A DNA stretch of 64,000 nucleotides, from assembly GCA_951406725.2 (NCBI GenBank), contig OX597830.1, forward strand, positions 29,512,001-29,576,000, given 5' to 3'. Shown in pieces: positions 15,847 through 28,320 of this stretch. The notes beneath the pieces are model-generated. The model was given only the letters and a program-made list of their open reading frames with translations, made no database searches and was not told where the DNA came from. The number at the start of each line of letters is the position of its first letter. Positions within the stretch are counted from its first letter, which is position 1. Source of the stretch: Octopus vulgaris (Eukaryota). Made by a program: the position numbers and the translations under genes.

Positions 15847-16100
15847 ATGTGTGTGTACGTTCGTGTGTTTTATATATTTGTGATATCGTATTTGTGTTTA
15901 TGCTCCTCACGTATATTTCACAACATATGTATGTATTTCACAATAAATGTTTGTCTATTTACGTGCCTGTAGCTTAGCAGCAAGGCAGAGAGGCCAAAGA
16001 GAAGAAATACCTGGACGAAATATAAGTACTGGGGTAAATTTAATCGATAAACAACTTCAAAACTGTGGCCCTTCTCTGCTTAATATTGGCTCAGGGTATC

Positions 16101-16316
16101 AGGCAGCGAGCTGGCAGAAAAGTTAGCACACCGGAAGAAATGCTTAAGAGTATTTTGTCTGTCTTTACGTTCTGAATTCAAATTTCTCCGAGGCAGGCTT
16201 TACCTTTCATCCTCTCGGGGTCGATGAATTAAGTATTTGTTGCGTAGTGGGCCGATCTGATTGACTGACCCCTTACCCAAAATGTCGAGCCTTGTGCCTA
16301 GAGTAGCAATGAATAT
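16101..16316 (+). mobile_element. SINE family B, monomeric diverged copy
   Basis: gcgagctggcagaaa...ttctgaattcaaat...ttcatcctctcggggtcgat...cttgtgcctagagtag. Confidence 0.8.
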
Positions 16317-16809
16317 TGGTCCAATGTTATAGTTTTATAGTGAATCTCTATTAGTACATACTGCTACAAATGTTACCAGTCATTCGCATCGTATGACAGA
16401 CAATGCTATTGCGTATCAGTGAGGAAAGTAATAAAGTCTCAAGAGAAATCTCTGTCAGGTTTTTGAGGCCAGGTTTCTTCAAACTGAAACGTTCCTCTTT
16501 CTCTTATTTTTTAGTAAAACTATTCTAACTTCTCTGAAGGCATCGGATTTATTATGAAAAGGGGTTTGGGGGAGAATCTTTAGAGCGTCGGACAAAATAT
16601 TTTGCGATGTTTCTTCCATAACTTCCGTTCCTTCAAAAATACCACTGATATCACATTTTCCTTAAATTTATTTCCTTCTACGAATGGACTATGGATGGAC
16701 GGATGAATAGTTGGCTGGCAGGCTGGCAGGCTGGATGGCTGGAGAGACGGATAGATAGATGGATGGATGGATGGATGGATGGATGGATGCCTTTATTTAT
16801 AGATACATA

Positions 16810-17487
16810 CCTACCAGTTTGATAAGTAAGTATTAGGACTGTTGCCATTGCAACGAAGCTAAAAGACTCAGAGTAAAGTCACTTGGTGAAGTTTGTCCTT
16901 GAACCCTGCTGTGCATGTGCACTACATGTTAGCGTTCTAGCTCACTTCCACTGTTTACAGAAGTGCTTGGAAGGAAGCGTGTGATCGTCGCATTGGCCAT
17001 GACAGAGAAAGTTGTCATGGTGCCACCTGCTCAAACGCTTACGCAAAGTTGCAGAAAGTGCATGAAAGTGCATGTGTTTGAGCTGCACACAAGTGTACGA
17101 ATGTTTCTGACGTTTCCAAGATGGTCGAAAAAATGTCGTTACTGACAAACGTTCTGGAAGATGCCTAACCAGCAGAACTAATAAAAACGTCGCAGCTGTG
17201 CGTGCAGCTGTGAGGGTGAATCGTCGAATCACCATCTGTGAGTTATCAGAGAACGTGCAGATTGATTACGGTTCATTTCAGGCCGTTACCACTGAAGATT
17301 CGTTTATGAGACGCATGTCTGCCATGTTTGTACCGAAACGGCGTTCCTCTGACCAAAAGGTCACACGGGCTTCAGTGGCAAAATATCTTGATTGCATCGA
17401 GAACGATGAAAAACTGTTTCAAATCTTTGCATAGGCCTCTGAGCAGGTATCGCCAAGCTTCTGGCAAAATCTGGTGCAGATTCTTTG

Positions 17488-17549
<62 letters not shown>

Positions 17550-17744
17550 ATGGTCAATGCGACGACCACATGCTACACACATTCCTTCCAAGCAATGCTG
17601 CAAATAGCGGAAGTGAACTAGAACGTCAAATCTTAGTGCGCCTGCACAGAGGAGTTCAAGGTCAATCACTGCGAAGCGATTTATCCTGCGTGCTTTTGCC
17701 TCGTGACTATGGCAACAGTCCGGATACTTACTGATCAGACCACG
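16810..17744 (+). mobile_element. Non-autonomous mariner foldback element, copy A
   Basis: Transposase HTH fragment (NRRITICELSE...RRMSAMFVPK). Right TIR ggcaacagtccggatacttactgatcagaccacg followed by TA. Homologous to 52143-53013. Confidence 0.8.
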
Positions 17745-17782
17745 TATGTTCAGTGCCACGGAAAGTCGAAAATCTCAAGAAT

Positions 17783-17821
<39 letters not shown>

Positions 17822-18844
17822 TATACGTTCATATACACACATGCACACATATCCACTGATAATACCTTTTCTTTTCAGGTTTTAATAAAATATGTCATCT
17901 TGTATCTATGTATGTTTATATTACCAACGTCTGTGTATTGGCAGAATCTTTGAACCTTCGGAAAATGAATTCACTTATTCCTCTCAGTTGCTGTATTCTA
18001 AGATGCAGTTTTTTCATGGTTAACTTTACTTTTCATTTTGCAACATTAAAATAAAATAGCTGTGAAGTATTTGAATCGATGTGATCGAATAACACCACGC
18101 ATTGTGTATAAGTAAGAAATCGTAGCTTCTGTCTGTTGATTGCTTGAAACACGACGACCGGAGAAACACCTTTGTGATCATTCTACAGTATTTTCCGGTA
18201 TACATGTCCAAGTTTTCAAACCAAAAATCCCTCGCTTGCATTAATGATTAAAACCTTTCTCTCAGACATTTCTCATTTACACTCACAGAGCTCAGCCTAC
18301 AAGTCACAGACTGGCTAACATTCATTAACTTAATTCCAGGCAAATCATAGATAAAAACTAGCCATGTTGATCGATGTAATTTGCTAAAGTATTGACGTAT
18401 TACATACATTTTAATAACTTTTATTATAATTGTTTTATTTATAATTATTTTCTTTTAACCGTTTATATAATCACTTGTTTAAACCCGAAGGTATTTATTC
18501 CCGATGGAAAACTTTCTCAACATGATTAACCAACCATTACTTCTGTACTTAAAGTCATCAGTGAAAACCAAACAACGCCGACGCTATTTTAGCAATCGTC
18601 ATCATTATCACGAACCATAAACTCAGTTTTGCATCACCTACGCTTTTGTTTCGCGTCTGTATAACTGAATGACTAAAGGAGTTATGTTACCAGACTGTGA
18701 AAGGACCACGAAATGTTGTACGAAAGACAACGGCTATTAAATAAACAATTGGTATGTAGGTGTGTGTATGCATCTATACATACATATGCCTATACATACA
18801 TATACATATATACATATATACACATATATATTTATTTATATGTT

Positions 18845-18890
<46 letters not shown>

Positions 18891-18894
<4 letters not shown>

Positions 18895-19043
18895 TGTGTG
18901 GTAAGTAGCTTGCTATCCAACCACATGGTTCCGGGTTTCTGTCCCACTGCGTGGCATCTTGGGCAAGTGTCTTCTGCTATAGCCCCGGGCCGACCAATGC
19001 CTTGTGAGTGGATTTGGTAGACGGAAACTGAAAGAAGCCTGTC

Positions 19044-19091
<48 letters not shown>

Positions 19092-19303
19092 GTGTGTCTA
19101 TGTGTGTGTCTGTGTTTGTCTCCCTAGCATTGCTTGACAACCGATGCCAGTGTGTTTACGTCCCCGTCACTTAGCGGTTCGGCAAAAGAGACCTCTAGAA
19201 TAAGTACTGGGCTTACAAAAGAATAAGTCCCGGGGTCGATTTGCTCGACTAAAGGTGGTGCTCCAGCATGACCGCAGTCAAATGGCTGAAACAAGTAAAA
19301 GAG
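18891..19303 (+). mobile_element. tRNA-derived CORE-like SINE family A with internal (TA)n(TG)n
   Basis: tggctgtgtggtaag (A box), ggttccgggtt (B-box region), cttgggcaagtgtctt (CORE-like), tail ggtgctccagcatg..cagtcaaatggctgaaacaagtaaaagag. Many copies in the window. Confidence 0.88.
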
Positions 19304-19326
19304 TATATATATATATATATATATAT

Positions 19327-19380
<54 letters not shown>

Positions 19381-19529
19381 CGTTTTGGGATTTGGTTTGC
19401 AAGATCCTATATGTGAGTTCGTGTGTTGAAGCATATTCTGTTGTGTCTGGGGAGAGTCATTTTCTTTTTGTGCCTTATAATTTAACACACTCACCAGTAA
19501 AATTTCCACTTATTTCTTATTTTTATGTT

Positions 19530-19568
19530 CCTAAAATTTTCGTTGCGCCTTGCAACCTTTTCAATTGC
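19530..19568 (-). ncRNA. Candidate minimal hammerhead variant (U3-A8) in a TA-adjacent insert (19378-19575)
   Basis: Minus strand: UUGAAAA-g-guugc-aaggc-gcaac-GAAA-auuu-uagg. Stem II is 5 bp and stem III is a palindrome (AAAUUU); stem I is poor. Confidence 0.35.
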
Positions 19569-19754
19569 CTTGACTCTGTCCGTTATTTACATTGCGTTCC
19601 TATTTGTTTGTTTGTACGCATGTGTGTGGGTCAGTGTGTGTGTGCGTGTGTGTGCCTATGTATGCATGTACGTAAGTATGTATGCGTGTATGTATGTATG
19701 CAAGTGTGTGTATGTATACATGTGTATGTATGCATATGTATATGTGAATGTATG

Positions 19755-20393
19755 TTGCAGAAAATGTATGGAGAGAAATGTAGGAGCTGCACACAAGTGC
19801 ACGAGTGGTTCAGACGTTTCCAAGATGGCCGAATAAATGTCGATATTGACGAACGTTTGTGGTGACACCTAACTAGCAGAACTGATAAAAATATAGCAGA
19901 TGAGTGTGCAAGTGTGAGGGGAAATCCTCGAATCACCATCCTTGGTGAAGATGCAGGTTAGTGACGGTTCAGTTCATTATCATTGAAGTTTTGGGTATGA
20001 GACGCGTCTCTGCCACGTTTCCGTCAAAACTGCTTTCAGCTGACGAAAAGGACACTCGAATTTCAGTTGCACAAGATCCCTTTCATTTTTATCGAGAACG
20101 ATGAAAATTTTTTCAAAAGTTTGAGTAGGCTTCTTAGCAGGTATCGCCAAGCTTCTGGCAAAATTTTATGCAGAATCTCTGCTCAACTATCTCTGTCATG
20201 TTCAATGCGACGATCACACGCGAAACATATTCTTTCGACGTAATGTTGTAAACAGTGGAAGTCAGCGAGAATGTTAGAGATAAGTGCGCATGCATATCAG
20301 ATTTCAAGATCAATCTGTGCGAAGCGAATTTACGCTGTGTACATTAATTTCGTTACTATGGTAACAGTCCGGATACTTGTTGATCAGCCGTCG
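19755..20393 (+). mobile_element. Non-autonomous mariner foldback element, copy B (left end lost)
   Basis: VHEWFRRFQDGRINVDIDER matches the mariner HTH region. Right TIR ggtaacagtccggatacttgttgatcagccgtcg followed by TA. Confidence 0.8.
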
Positions 20394-20440
<47 letters not shown>

Positions 20441-20634
20441 AGTGTGTATGTATGTATGTACATACGCATATATCTCACTATATATATACGTATATATAGT
20501 GCAGTGATCTGCAGCTAAATGACTTGCTTCTAGCAAAAACTGTCCGATGAACGGCAATGCGAAATATATTTTGTTGAATTTTTTGCTGCTTTAAATAAAG
20601 CATATTATACCACTATATATATTTTTCACATTTA

Positions 20635-20684
<50 letters not shown>

Positions 20685-20784
20685 AAAAGTAGGATAAAAT
20701 CTTTATAAGAATTTATCAAATAGTCAGCGTGTAAAACCTCATCAGAGAAAAATCCACCATTTGTTTTCATTTAAATATATTTAT

Positions 20785-21189
20785 TTATATTATATAGAGG
20801 GCATTGCTACACATTTATGCCACACGCTAGGAGGGACTCTTAAAGTCAAAACTACTAAAATAAAAAAACATACCAGACGAACAACACTTCTATATACTAC
20901 GTTACGTAGTATATAGAAGTGTTCACCCCTTATACATCTATGTAAATGGCGCGTTTTTTCGTCTGGTAAGTTGATTTTGTTCATTCATTATAAATCTTGA
21001 ATTATGCTTTTACTGATCAGTAAAGAGTGCACCACCTCACTGATTATAAAAGCACAGTGATCTGCAGCTAAATTCTATTTTTAAATGGCTTGCTTCGAGA
21101 GTTGCATTCGGTACGATATGCTTATTTATTTTAGTAGTCCCTCCTAGCCTGTGGCATTTATGTGTAGTAATGCCCTCTATATAATATAA
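20785..21189. repeat. Inverted repeat, ~65-80-bp arms, between (TA)n tracts
   Basis: gagggcattgctacacatttatgccacacgctaggagggact versus agtccctcctagcctgtggcatttatgtgtagtaatgccctc. Confidence 0.8.
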
Positions 21190-21287
21190 TATAATATAAT
21201 ATAATAAATATATATATTTATATATATTAGCAATTGGCAAATATGCACTCGTATATATAGAGAAATGTATTGGAAAAAGTAATGTAG

Positions 21288-21340
<53 letters not shown>

Positions 21341-21923
21341 TGCATTCTTGAGATTTTCCATTTTCCATGCCACGGGATATATGTATATAGCTATAAATAC
21401 AAACATCCATCCATCCATCTAGCCATCTATGTATCTATCAGTTCCTCAATCCAACCAGCCAACCCTTCATCCGTCCAACCATCATTCATCAATATGTACA
21501 AACGCACATACATAGAAAGAAACATACATGCGTACATATTTAAGAAATTAATGAAAGAAGGAGTACATTTGTACGAATGACGTGGACTTGATGTTTCTGT
21601 CGAGTTCACTGTAATTGGAACAATCTAGATTCTTAGAATAACTGCCAAATACGAGAGAAGCAACATGTTTTGCTTTCATTAGTGAAATCCAGAATAACGG
21701 TATCTAATTTGATGGCAGCTGGAACGTTAAGTAAGCGATAGTTTTCTATCTCAAACTGTAAGTAAACAGAGACGATTAAGCATGTGACTGTTTAGTGAAC
21801 GATAACGTAAACCGATGAAGTAATAAGCGGGGTGGGGATAAGAAACAAATCTTCCTATCTTCTATTTCTCACCACAAGTGTGTGGCTCTACCGAAGAATC
21901 CATATTGCATATTGATACCTGTT

Positions 21924-22049
<126 letters not shown>

Positions 22050-22210
22050 TATATATATATAATATATATGTATATATATATATGTGTGTGTGTGTGTATA
22101 TATATATATGTATATATAATAGTAATTCGAGACAAAACCACTATTTTGCAAAACAAACAAGGAAAGACTTAATCAATACATAAAAATTTTTAATATAAAG
22201 AAATAAACCG

Positions 22211-22252
22211 CCACTACAATCGTTCATGTCTTCAATGACATTCGTCAGGTGG
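22211..22252 (-). ncRNA. Mirror hammerhead in the left arm, GAAA reduced to GAA (likely inactive)
   Basis: Reverse complement of 22297-22339 with one A missing. Confidence 0.65.
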
Positions 22253-22296
22253 ATTTTCGATCTCCTAAAATTAAAACAGATTAGGAGATCGAAAAT

Positions 22297-22339
22297 CCAC
22301 CTGACGAATGTCATTGAAGACATGAAACGATTGTAGTGG
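22297..22339 (+). ncRNA. Minimal type I hammerhead ribozyme
   Basis: ccac-CUGACGA-auguc-auugaa-gacau-GAAA-c-gauu-g-UA-gugg. All core nucleotides present, 4-bp stem I, 5-bp stem II, GUA cleavage triplet (cut after 22335). Confidence 0.8.
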
Positions 22340-22522
22340 CGGTTTATTTCTTTATATTAAAAATTTTTATGTATTGATTAAGTCTTTCCTTGTTTGATTT
22401 GCAAAATAGTGGTTTTGTATCGAATTACTATTATATAATATTTTTCTATAAAATTGGATTTAATCCTAAATCTGATTTTTTCCCTGTAAATTTGGATTTA
22501 TTCCCTAATATTTATTATGATA

Positions 22523-22564
<42 letters not shown>

Positions 22565-23001
22565 TATATGTGTGTATATGTATGTATGTATTTATCTATG
22601 TATGTATATATCATAGGTCAGGATACAACATGTAACTGTGATTGAAAGAAAACTAAAACTCTCAAAAACCACCCACTATATGCGAACACGCACGGAGGAC
22701 GTAGCAAATGCATTTAGGAAAACGGTCGTCCCCAATTGTAAAACTACAAAGAGGAAGGTAGGTGTCCCAGCATCAAACGATTTCTCTTTTTATGCCGGAT
22801 TTATACTTAAATCTCATCAGCTAGGATTACTACATTTAACTATTTGAAAAAAAAATATCTAACTTTCCGTATGCGTAGGCTTTCAGCTGACGGTCATGCG
22901 ACTTCTAAACGAGCATTAGCGAGTAAGTATAAATTACTAAAGTTATCATTATGTTTAAAAAAATTATGATGAACTGGCCAGCAAACGTAATCCAAAGATG
23001 C

Positions 23002-23059
<58 letters not shown>

Positions 23060-23158
23060 AAAGAGAGAGAAAGAGAAACAGAGAGAGAATGGTGAATAGA
23101 TACATCTCCACAATACACATACATACATACGTACGCACGTACGTATATATACATATAA

Positions 23159-23237
<79 letters not shown>

Positions 23238-23522
23238 TGTGTGTGTATGTGTGTCTGTGTGTCTGTGTGTCTGTATACACGGCAGAGGTAGATCTCTAAC
23301 ATTCGACTGATGAGAATTTGTTTGTTCGATAAACTAAATTACTACCTCGTGAATTAAAGTGTATGTGGTTGAGCTCTCATAGTTACACGTTCCATTAACT
23401 TGTAACTTGGGCGCACATTAATGTGTTCAAGCACTAGAACCTTTTTTTAATTACAAACGGAGCTTATAACATCTCTATACATTCTGTCAAACCAATTTCC
23501 CTCACAATATACATTTTGACTA

Positions 23523-23640
23523 AGGTGGCGAGCTGGCAGAACATTTAATACGTCGGGTGAAATACTTAGCGGTATTTCGTCTGCCGTTACGTTCTGAGTT
23601 CAAATTTCGCCGAGGTCGACTTTGCTTTTTATCCCTTCAA
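23523..23640 (+). mobile_element. SINE family B 5' part
   Basis: ggcgagctggcagaa...cgttctgagttcaaat..ccgaggtcgactttgc. Confidence 0.8.
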
Positions 23641-23784
23641 TAGAATAAATGCCTATTGAGCCCTGTTCTCCATGTAATTTTGAAACCATCATTCCTATGT
23701 ATGTATGTATGTATGCCTGCATGTATGTATGCATGTATATATATATATATATCCCTCTATCGATCTGTGTTTCTTTATATATTC

Positions 23785-24175
23785 TTTTATTCTTTTGTTT
23801 CAGTCATTTGACTGTGATCATACTGGAGCACCGACTTTAGTCGAAGAAATCTATCCCAGGACTTATTCTTTGTAAGCCTAGTACCTATTCTATCGGAGAC
23901 TCTTGCCGATCCGCTAAATTACAGGGACGTAAACACACCTACACTGGCTGTCAAGCGATGGCGGGGGGGAAAACAGACACAAAAACATATATATATATAT
24001 ATATGTTTATATATAGGTGTATTTATATATATGTGGTCGTGGTAAGAAACTTGTTTCCCAACCACATGTTTCCGGTTTCAGTCTCACTGCATGGCATCTT
24101 GAGCAAGTTTCTTCTATTGCCCAGGTCCCACCCAAGCCTCGTGTTGGATTTGGTAGACGGAAGCTGAAAGAAGAC

Positions 24176-24180
<5 letters not shown>
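23785..24180. mobile_element. SINE family A fragments (3' half on minus, head on plus)
   Basis: gtttcagtcatttgactg..ggagcacc (tail, reversed), then gtggtaag..ccaaccacatg..ggatttggtagacggaa (head). Confidence 0.7.
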
Positions 24181-24203
<23 letters not shown>

Positions 24204-24209
<6 letters not shown>

Positions 24210-24470
24210 AATATTAGGGAATAAATCCAAATTTACATGGAAAAAAATCAGATTTAGGATTAAATCCAATTTTATAGTAAAATATTATAAAATATTATTA
24301 GAGACAAAACCACTATTTTGCAAAACAAACAAGGAAAGACTTAATCAATACATAAAATTTTAATAAATAGTCAAAAAAACCGTGACTATTTATTAAAATT
24401 TTATGTATTGATTAAGTCTTTCCTTGTTTGTTTTGCAAAATAGTGGTTTTGTCTCTAATAATATTTTATA
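24204..24470. mobile_element. Second foldback of the same PLE-end family, 88-bp arms
   Basis: Arms 24286-24373 and 24383-24470 are reverse complements. Shares gagacaaaaccactattttgcaaaacaaacaaggaaagacttaatcaatacat with 22129 onward. TA-flanked. Confidence 0.82.
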
Positions 24471-25959
24471 TGTATATATATATATATATCTGTGTCTACG
24501 TGTGTGTCTCTGTCTCTGATCCCAGGACTAAAAAAAATAACTCCTGAGATCGAATTACTCGACTAAAAAAAAAACACTGTATGTTGGTGCTACGACATGG
24601 CCGTAGTCAAATGACTGAAACACGTAAAAGAATAAAATATTTTGTCACATATATGTATACAGATGTATACAGACATATTGTTATCTATGTGCATATATTA
24701 ACATACTCACACGTATGTATATGTATTTGTTAACTATTTGTTGAGATTTAAATGGAAAGAAAAACACTAAATACAAATAAAGAAGATATGAAATCATGAA
24801 ATTAAGTAAAAAGTTAATTACTTACCCTTACGAAGTCTTTATTAAGTAACACCCGCTAGCTTTTATTATTAGGTTTCTATAATTAATTGTAATATAAGTA
24901 TGTTTATCATAAGATAAATAAAACGCACAAATTCTTGCGCTGTTTATATTTTACAAAGACAGGTTGGGCGTTGCACATACCTATCATTTAATTGCTTTCT
25001 ATTATATCACTTCAGCAAATACTACACTCTTATACACCCTTATAATGTATATCCTTCCTTCTTTTAGTCTGAGATGTGTATTACTCTATACCATTTCATG
25101 AACGTTGTGTGGAATCCTCTGCAAGGTGCCTTGGGGACTACATTCCGCCACTGGAATGAAAGGGATACTGAGAATGACTCCCTTAAGTTCTATTTACAGA
25201 ATAGTGCATTGGACCCGAGAAAGAAACAGCCAAACATTGAGTGATTTCTAGTCAAGGGTTACATTGATAGTTTTACTTCATTTTATTTATTTCTTTTTTT
25301 GTTGAAGTTCGAATGACAGAAGATAACTTCAGCAGAATTTGAAATGAAAGAACACACTGTCGGAAGAAAATAGCCTTTTTGACCGATGATTTAAACATTC
25401 CGCCCAACAAGCGACTTATCTCTTTCCCTTCTAATGTTTAATCATTTTTGATAGCTCTCTACATTCTGAGTTGACAGGCTGCAGTGGGCAACACATCATT
25501 CCTAAATTTGTGACTTCGTGATTATATTGCAAATAATTCTGAGTTCAAATCCTGCTGATGTTAGCTCTATCATTCATTTTTCTGTGTTTGGTAAAATAAA
25601 GTCCCAATTAATTACAAGAGTCGATTTAATCACCTCACCCCTCTGTAGATATCCATGTACCTATAATGGAAATGATTCTTTAATTCTAAAGTCAGCGATC
25701 TGTCTCAATCGTTACTGTGCTCTTAGGAACATTTCGTCTGACGATAATTTCTGATTTTAAATTCTACTAAGGTCTACTTTACCTTTCACTCTTTTGGGGA
25801 TTGATGAAATAAATACTCGTTAACCACTCGGATAGGTGTAATTACCTAACCCCTCCTCACAAACTTGCAAGCCATCTGCTAGTATTAGAGAGGATTATTT
25901 AAATGTTTTTGGTGATTTTACTTATTACAATGCAGGTAAGGCAATGATATTAAATTGTT

Positions 25960-27147
25960 GTTGCATTTTACAACACATTTGGTTGTAGCGTTTAGCATTT
26001 CCAACGAAAATAAAACAAAAGTTTTAAATACAAAGTGATTTATCCAATAGCTTATGTGCTTGCCAGTGCGTTCCAGTAACTTTTAGTATGTAGTGGGCAG
26101 ATCAATTAGTCCTTCGTCAAACAATTTCCCGTCTTCTATGGCCACAAAATCTTCTAGGTGAGTTTTTAAATGCGCTTCGGAGTTAAACGTCTGTCCATTG
26201 AAGGAAGTGAGCGAAACAGACGGAAATTTGAAGGCAAAAGATAAGAAAATGGAGGGCGCGGGAAAGCTTCACTGCTAAGCCCCAATAACTTTTGATGCGT
26301 CTGCAAATAAGAGTGCGGTCTAGCTTTAGTAGAGGCTTATGGTGGACGCTGCACTTAATTTGTGCTGCTGGTCACAGTACACACCCGAATTAATGGTTCT
26401 GACCATGGGAAGAAACTCGTTAAAGACGTCCTCCAAACCCACCACATTGAAAGCATATTCTTCATGTGAATTCTTACTCTCGAGATTGTCTTTGAGGGTT
26501 CATAGCGTTTTCTTCATAGATATAGACAAAATAGTTTTCTTCCTCGCATCACCATACTTTCAGAAATCAACCGTTTTTTTTTTCTTCCTCGCATTTCTGC
26601 AATGTAAATCTGCCGGGCGAGATTAACATCCTCCAATTCATTTGAGACATTAATTGCGACCCTGCTAACGAAACAAAGCTGATGCAAGAGAACTTCATTC
26701 AAGATTTGCATTTTTAATAAATATTTGCGATCATCCTGGTCATATAACAGAGTTTCGTGTCGCTGTTAATCTAAGTTGGTCAGTCAGAGTTAGATATATT
26801 TTCAACGGAAAATTTTCCGGATTGGAATCATGGAAACCACTTTTGAAACTCAGGTTTCATAGTAACTTCCACTTCTTCACCGGAGCATATTTTTGACCGC
26901 ATTCTTGCCTTATTGAAAATATATAAAATCATGAAGTGTCGATAATATTTGTTTTGGTTCCACGTTTTTAGAGTGAGCTCATACTCACAAAATACAATCG
27001 GGTAGCAATTTCGTGGCGACCTCGGTTGTAGAGTTAAGATTCTAACCAGTGCGTACGTGCAAAGGACAGACTGAATTTGGTTACTTAATAGAGTGCATGA
27101 AGTTTAGTGTTGACTGAAACCAAACGGACTTTTCGTCCAAACTAATA
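25960..27147 (-). mobile_element. Decayed mariner (DD34D) transposon
   Basis: Minus strand PRPPFSYLLPSNFRLFRSL and FNGQTFNSEAHLK resemble HPPYSPDLAPSDYHLFRSL. TIR-like tattagtttggacgaaaagtccg at the right end; left boundary approximate. Confidence 0.7.
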
Positions 27148-27483
27148 TATTCTTAAAGGTCGAGTTCACTAAACGCTGAAGCTGTTGATGAATTTGGAAC
27201 AAATAGGCTTTTATATACAAATAAGAATAATTTCAAGTATGCAAAGTTCAAATTGTTGCTGAAAATAGTCGAAGTAAGTTATCTTTAGATTTTTGCTTTT
27301 TGATGTCCGGTTTAATGACGGGTTCCGTCGTGTTTATTTAATATGTAAGTTTTGAGGAATACAATTTTGCTTCGTTGAAATATTTGTTTAATTGAATGTA
27401 AACACGTTCACATGTTTGTATACCATTAAGCAATATATTACTATCCTATTTTGAAATACATACATATATACATACATGTATAT

Positions 27484-27588
<105 letters not shown>

Positions 27589-27593
27589 TATTT

Positions 27594-27758
27594 AGGCGCA
27601 GGAGTGGCTGTGTGGTAAGTAGCTTGCTAACCTACCACATGGTTCCAGGTTCACTCCACTGCGTGGCATCTTGGGCAAGTGTCTTCTGCTATAGCCCCGG
27701 GCCGACCAATACCTTGTGAGTGGATTTGGTAGACAGAAACTGAAAGAAGCCTGTCGTA

Positions 27759-27819
<61 letters not shown>

Positions 27820-28018
27820 TTGTGTTTGTCCCCGTAGCATCGCTTGACAACCAATGCTGGTGTGTTTACGTCCCCGTCACTTAGCGGCTCAGCAAAAGAG
27901 ACCGATATAATAAGTACTGGGCTTACAAAAATAAGTCCCGGGGTCGATTTGCTCGACTAAAGTCGGTGCTCCAGCATGGCTGCAGTCAAATGACTGAAAC
28001 AAGTAAAAGAGTAAAAGA

Positions 28019-28020
<2 letters not shown>
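27594..28020 (+). mobile_element. SINE family A, full length
   Basis: ggcgcaggagtggctgtgtggtaag head, internal microsatellite, tail ending in (gtaaaaga)n; embedded in (TA)n. Confidence 0.9.
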
Positions 28021-28059
<39 letters not shown>

Positions 28060-28064
<5 letters not shown>

Positions 28065-28232
28065 TAGAAAAAAACCCACCTTTTATCAATTCAAAATGAA
28101 CAGTTAAATTACACCATCTAGAAAATTATATATAATAGAAATATTAAAATTAAAATAACAATATGCAATTTTCTAGATGGGGTAATTTAATTGTTCATTT
28201 TGAATTGATTAAAGGTGTTATTTTCTAATTTA
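28060..28232. repeat. Foldback, ~66-bp imperfect arms, TA-adjacent
   Basis: aaattagaaaa..atcaattcaaaatgaaca..ccatctagaaaatt versus aattttctagatgg..tgttcattttgaattgat..ttttctaattt. Confidence 0.8.
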
Positions 28233-28320
28233 TGGCCGATGCACAGGTTTCTTTAAGGGCAGTGCATCAGCATGGCCGCAGCTCTGAGCTGAAACTAGAG
28301 AAAAAAATTATATATATATA

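Larger units (their letters stand above)
22113..22518. mobile_element. Foldback (inverted pLTR-like) PLE end with ~156-bp arms
   Basis: Arms 22113-22268 and 22281-22436 are near-perfect reverse complements with a 12-nt spacer. Flanked by (TA)n. Same family at 24204-24470 and 46536-47520. Confidence 0.8.

Noticed and set aside
20735-20750. Minus-strand CTGATGA
   Set aside because: No stem II or GAAA downstream.
23303-23350. CTGATGA-gaat..gttc hammerhead candidate
   Set aside because: It is followed by GATA rather than GAAA, and has no correctly placed stem III or NUH.
27594-27665. tRNA gene
   Set aside because: tRNA-like A/B boxes only; it continues into the SINE body and lacks a full cloverleaf.
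27975-28010. SINE tail agtc-aaat-gact-GAAAC-aa-GTA as a half hammerhead
   Set aside because: No CUGANGA upstream; it is better explained as a LINE-type 3' stem-loop.
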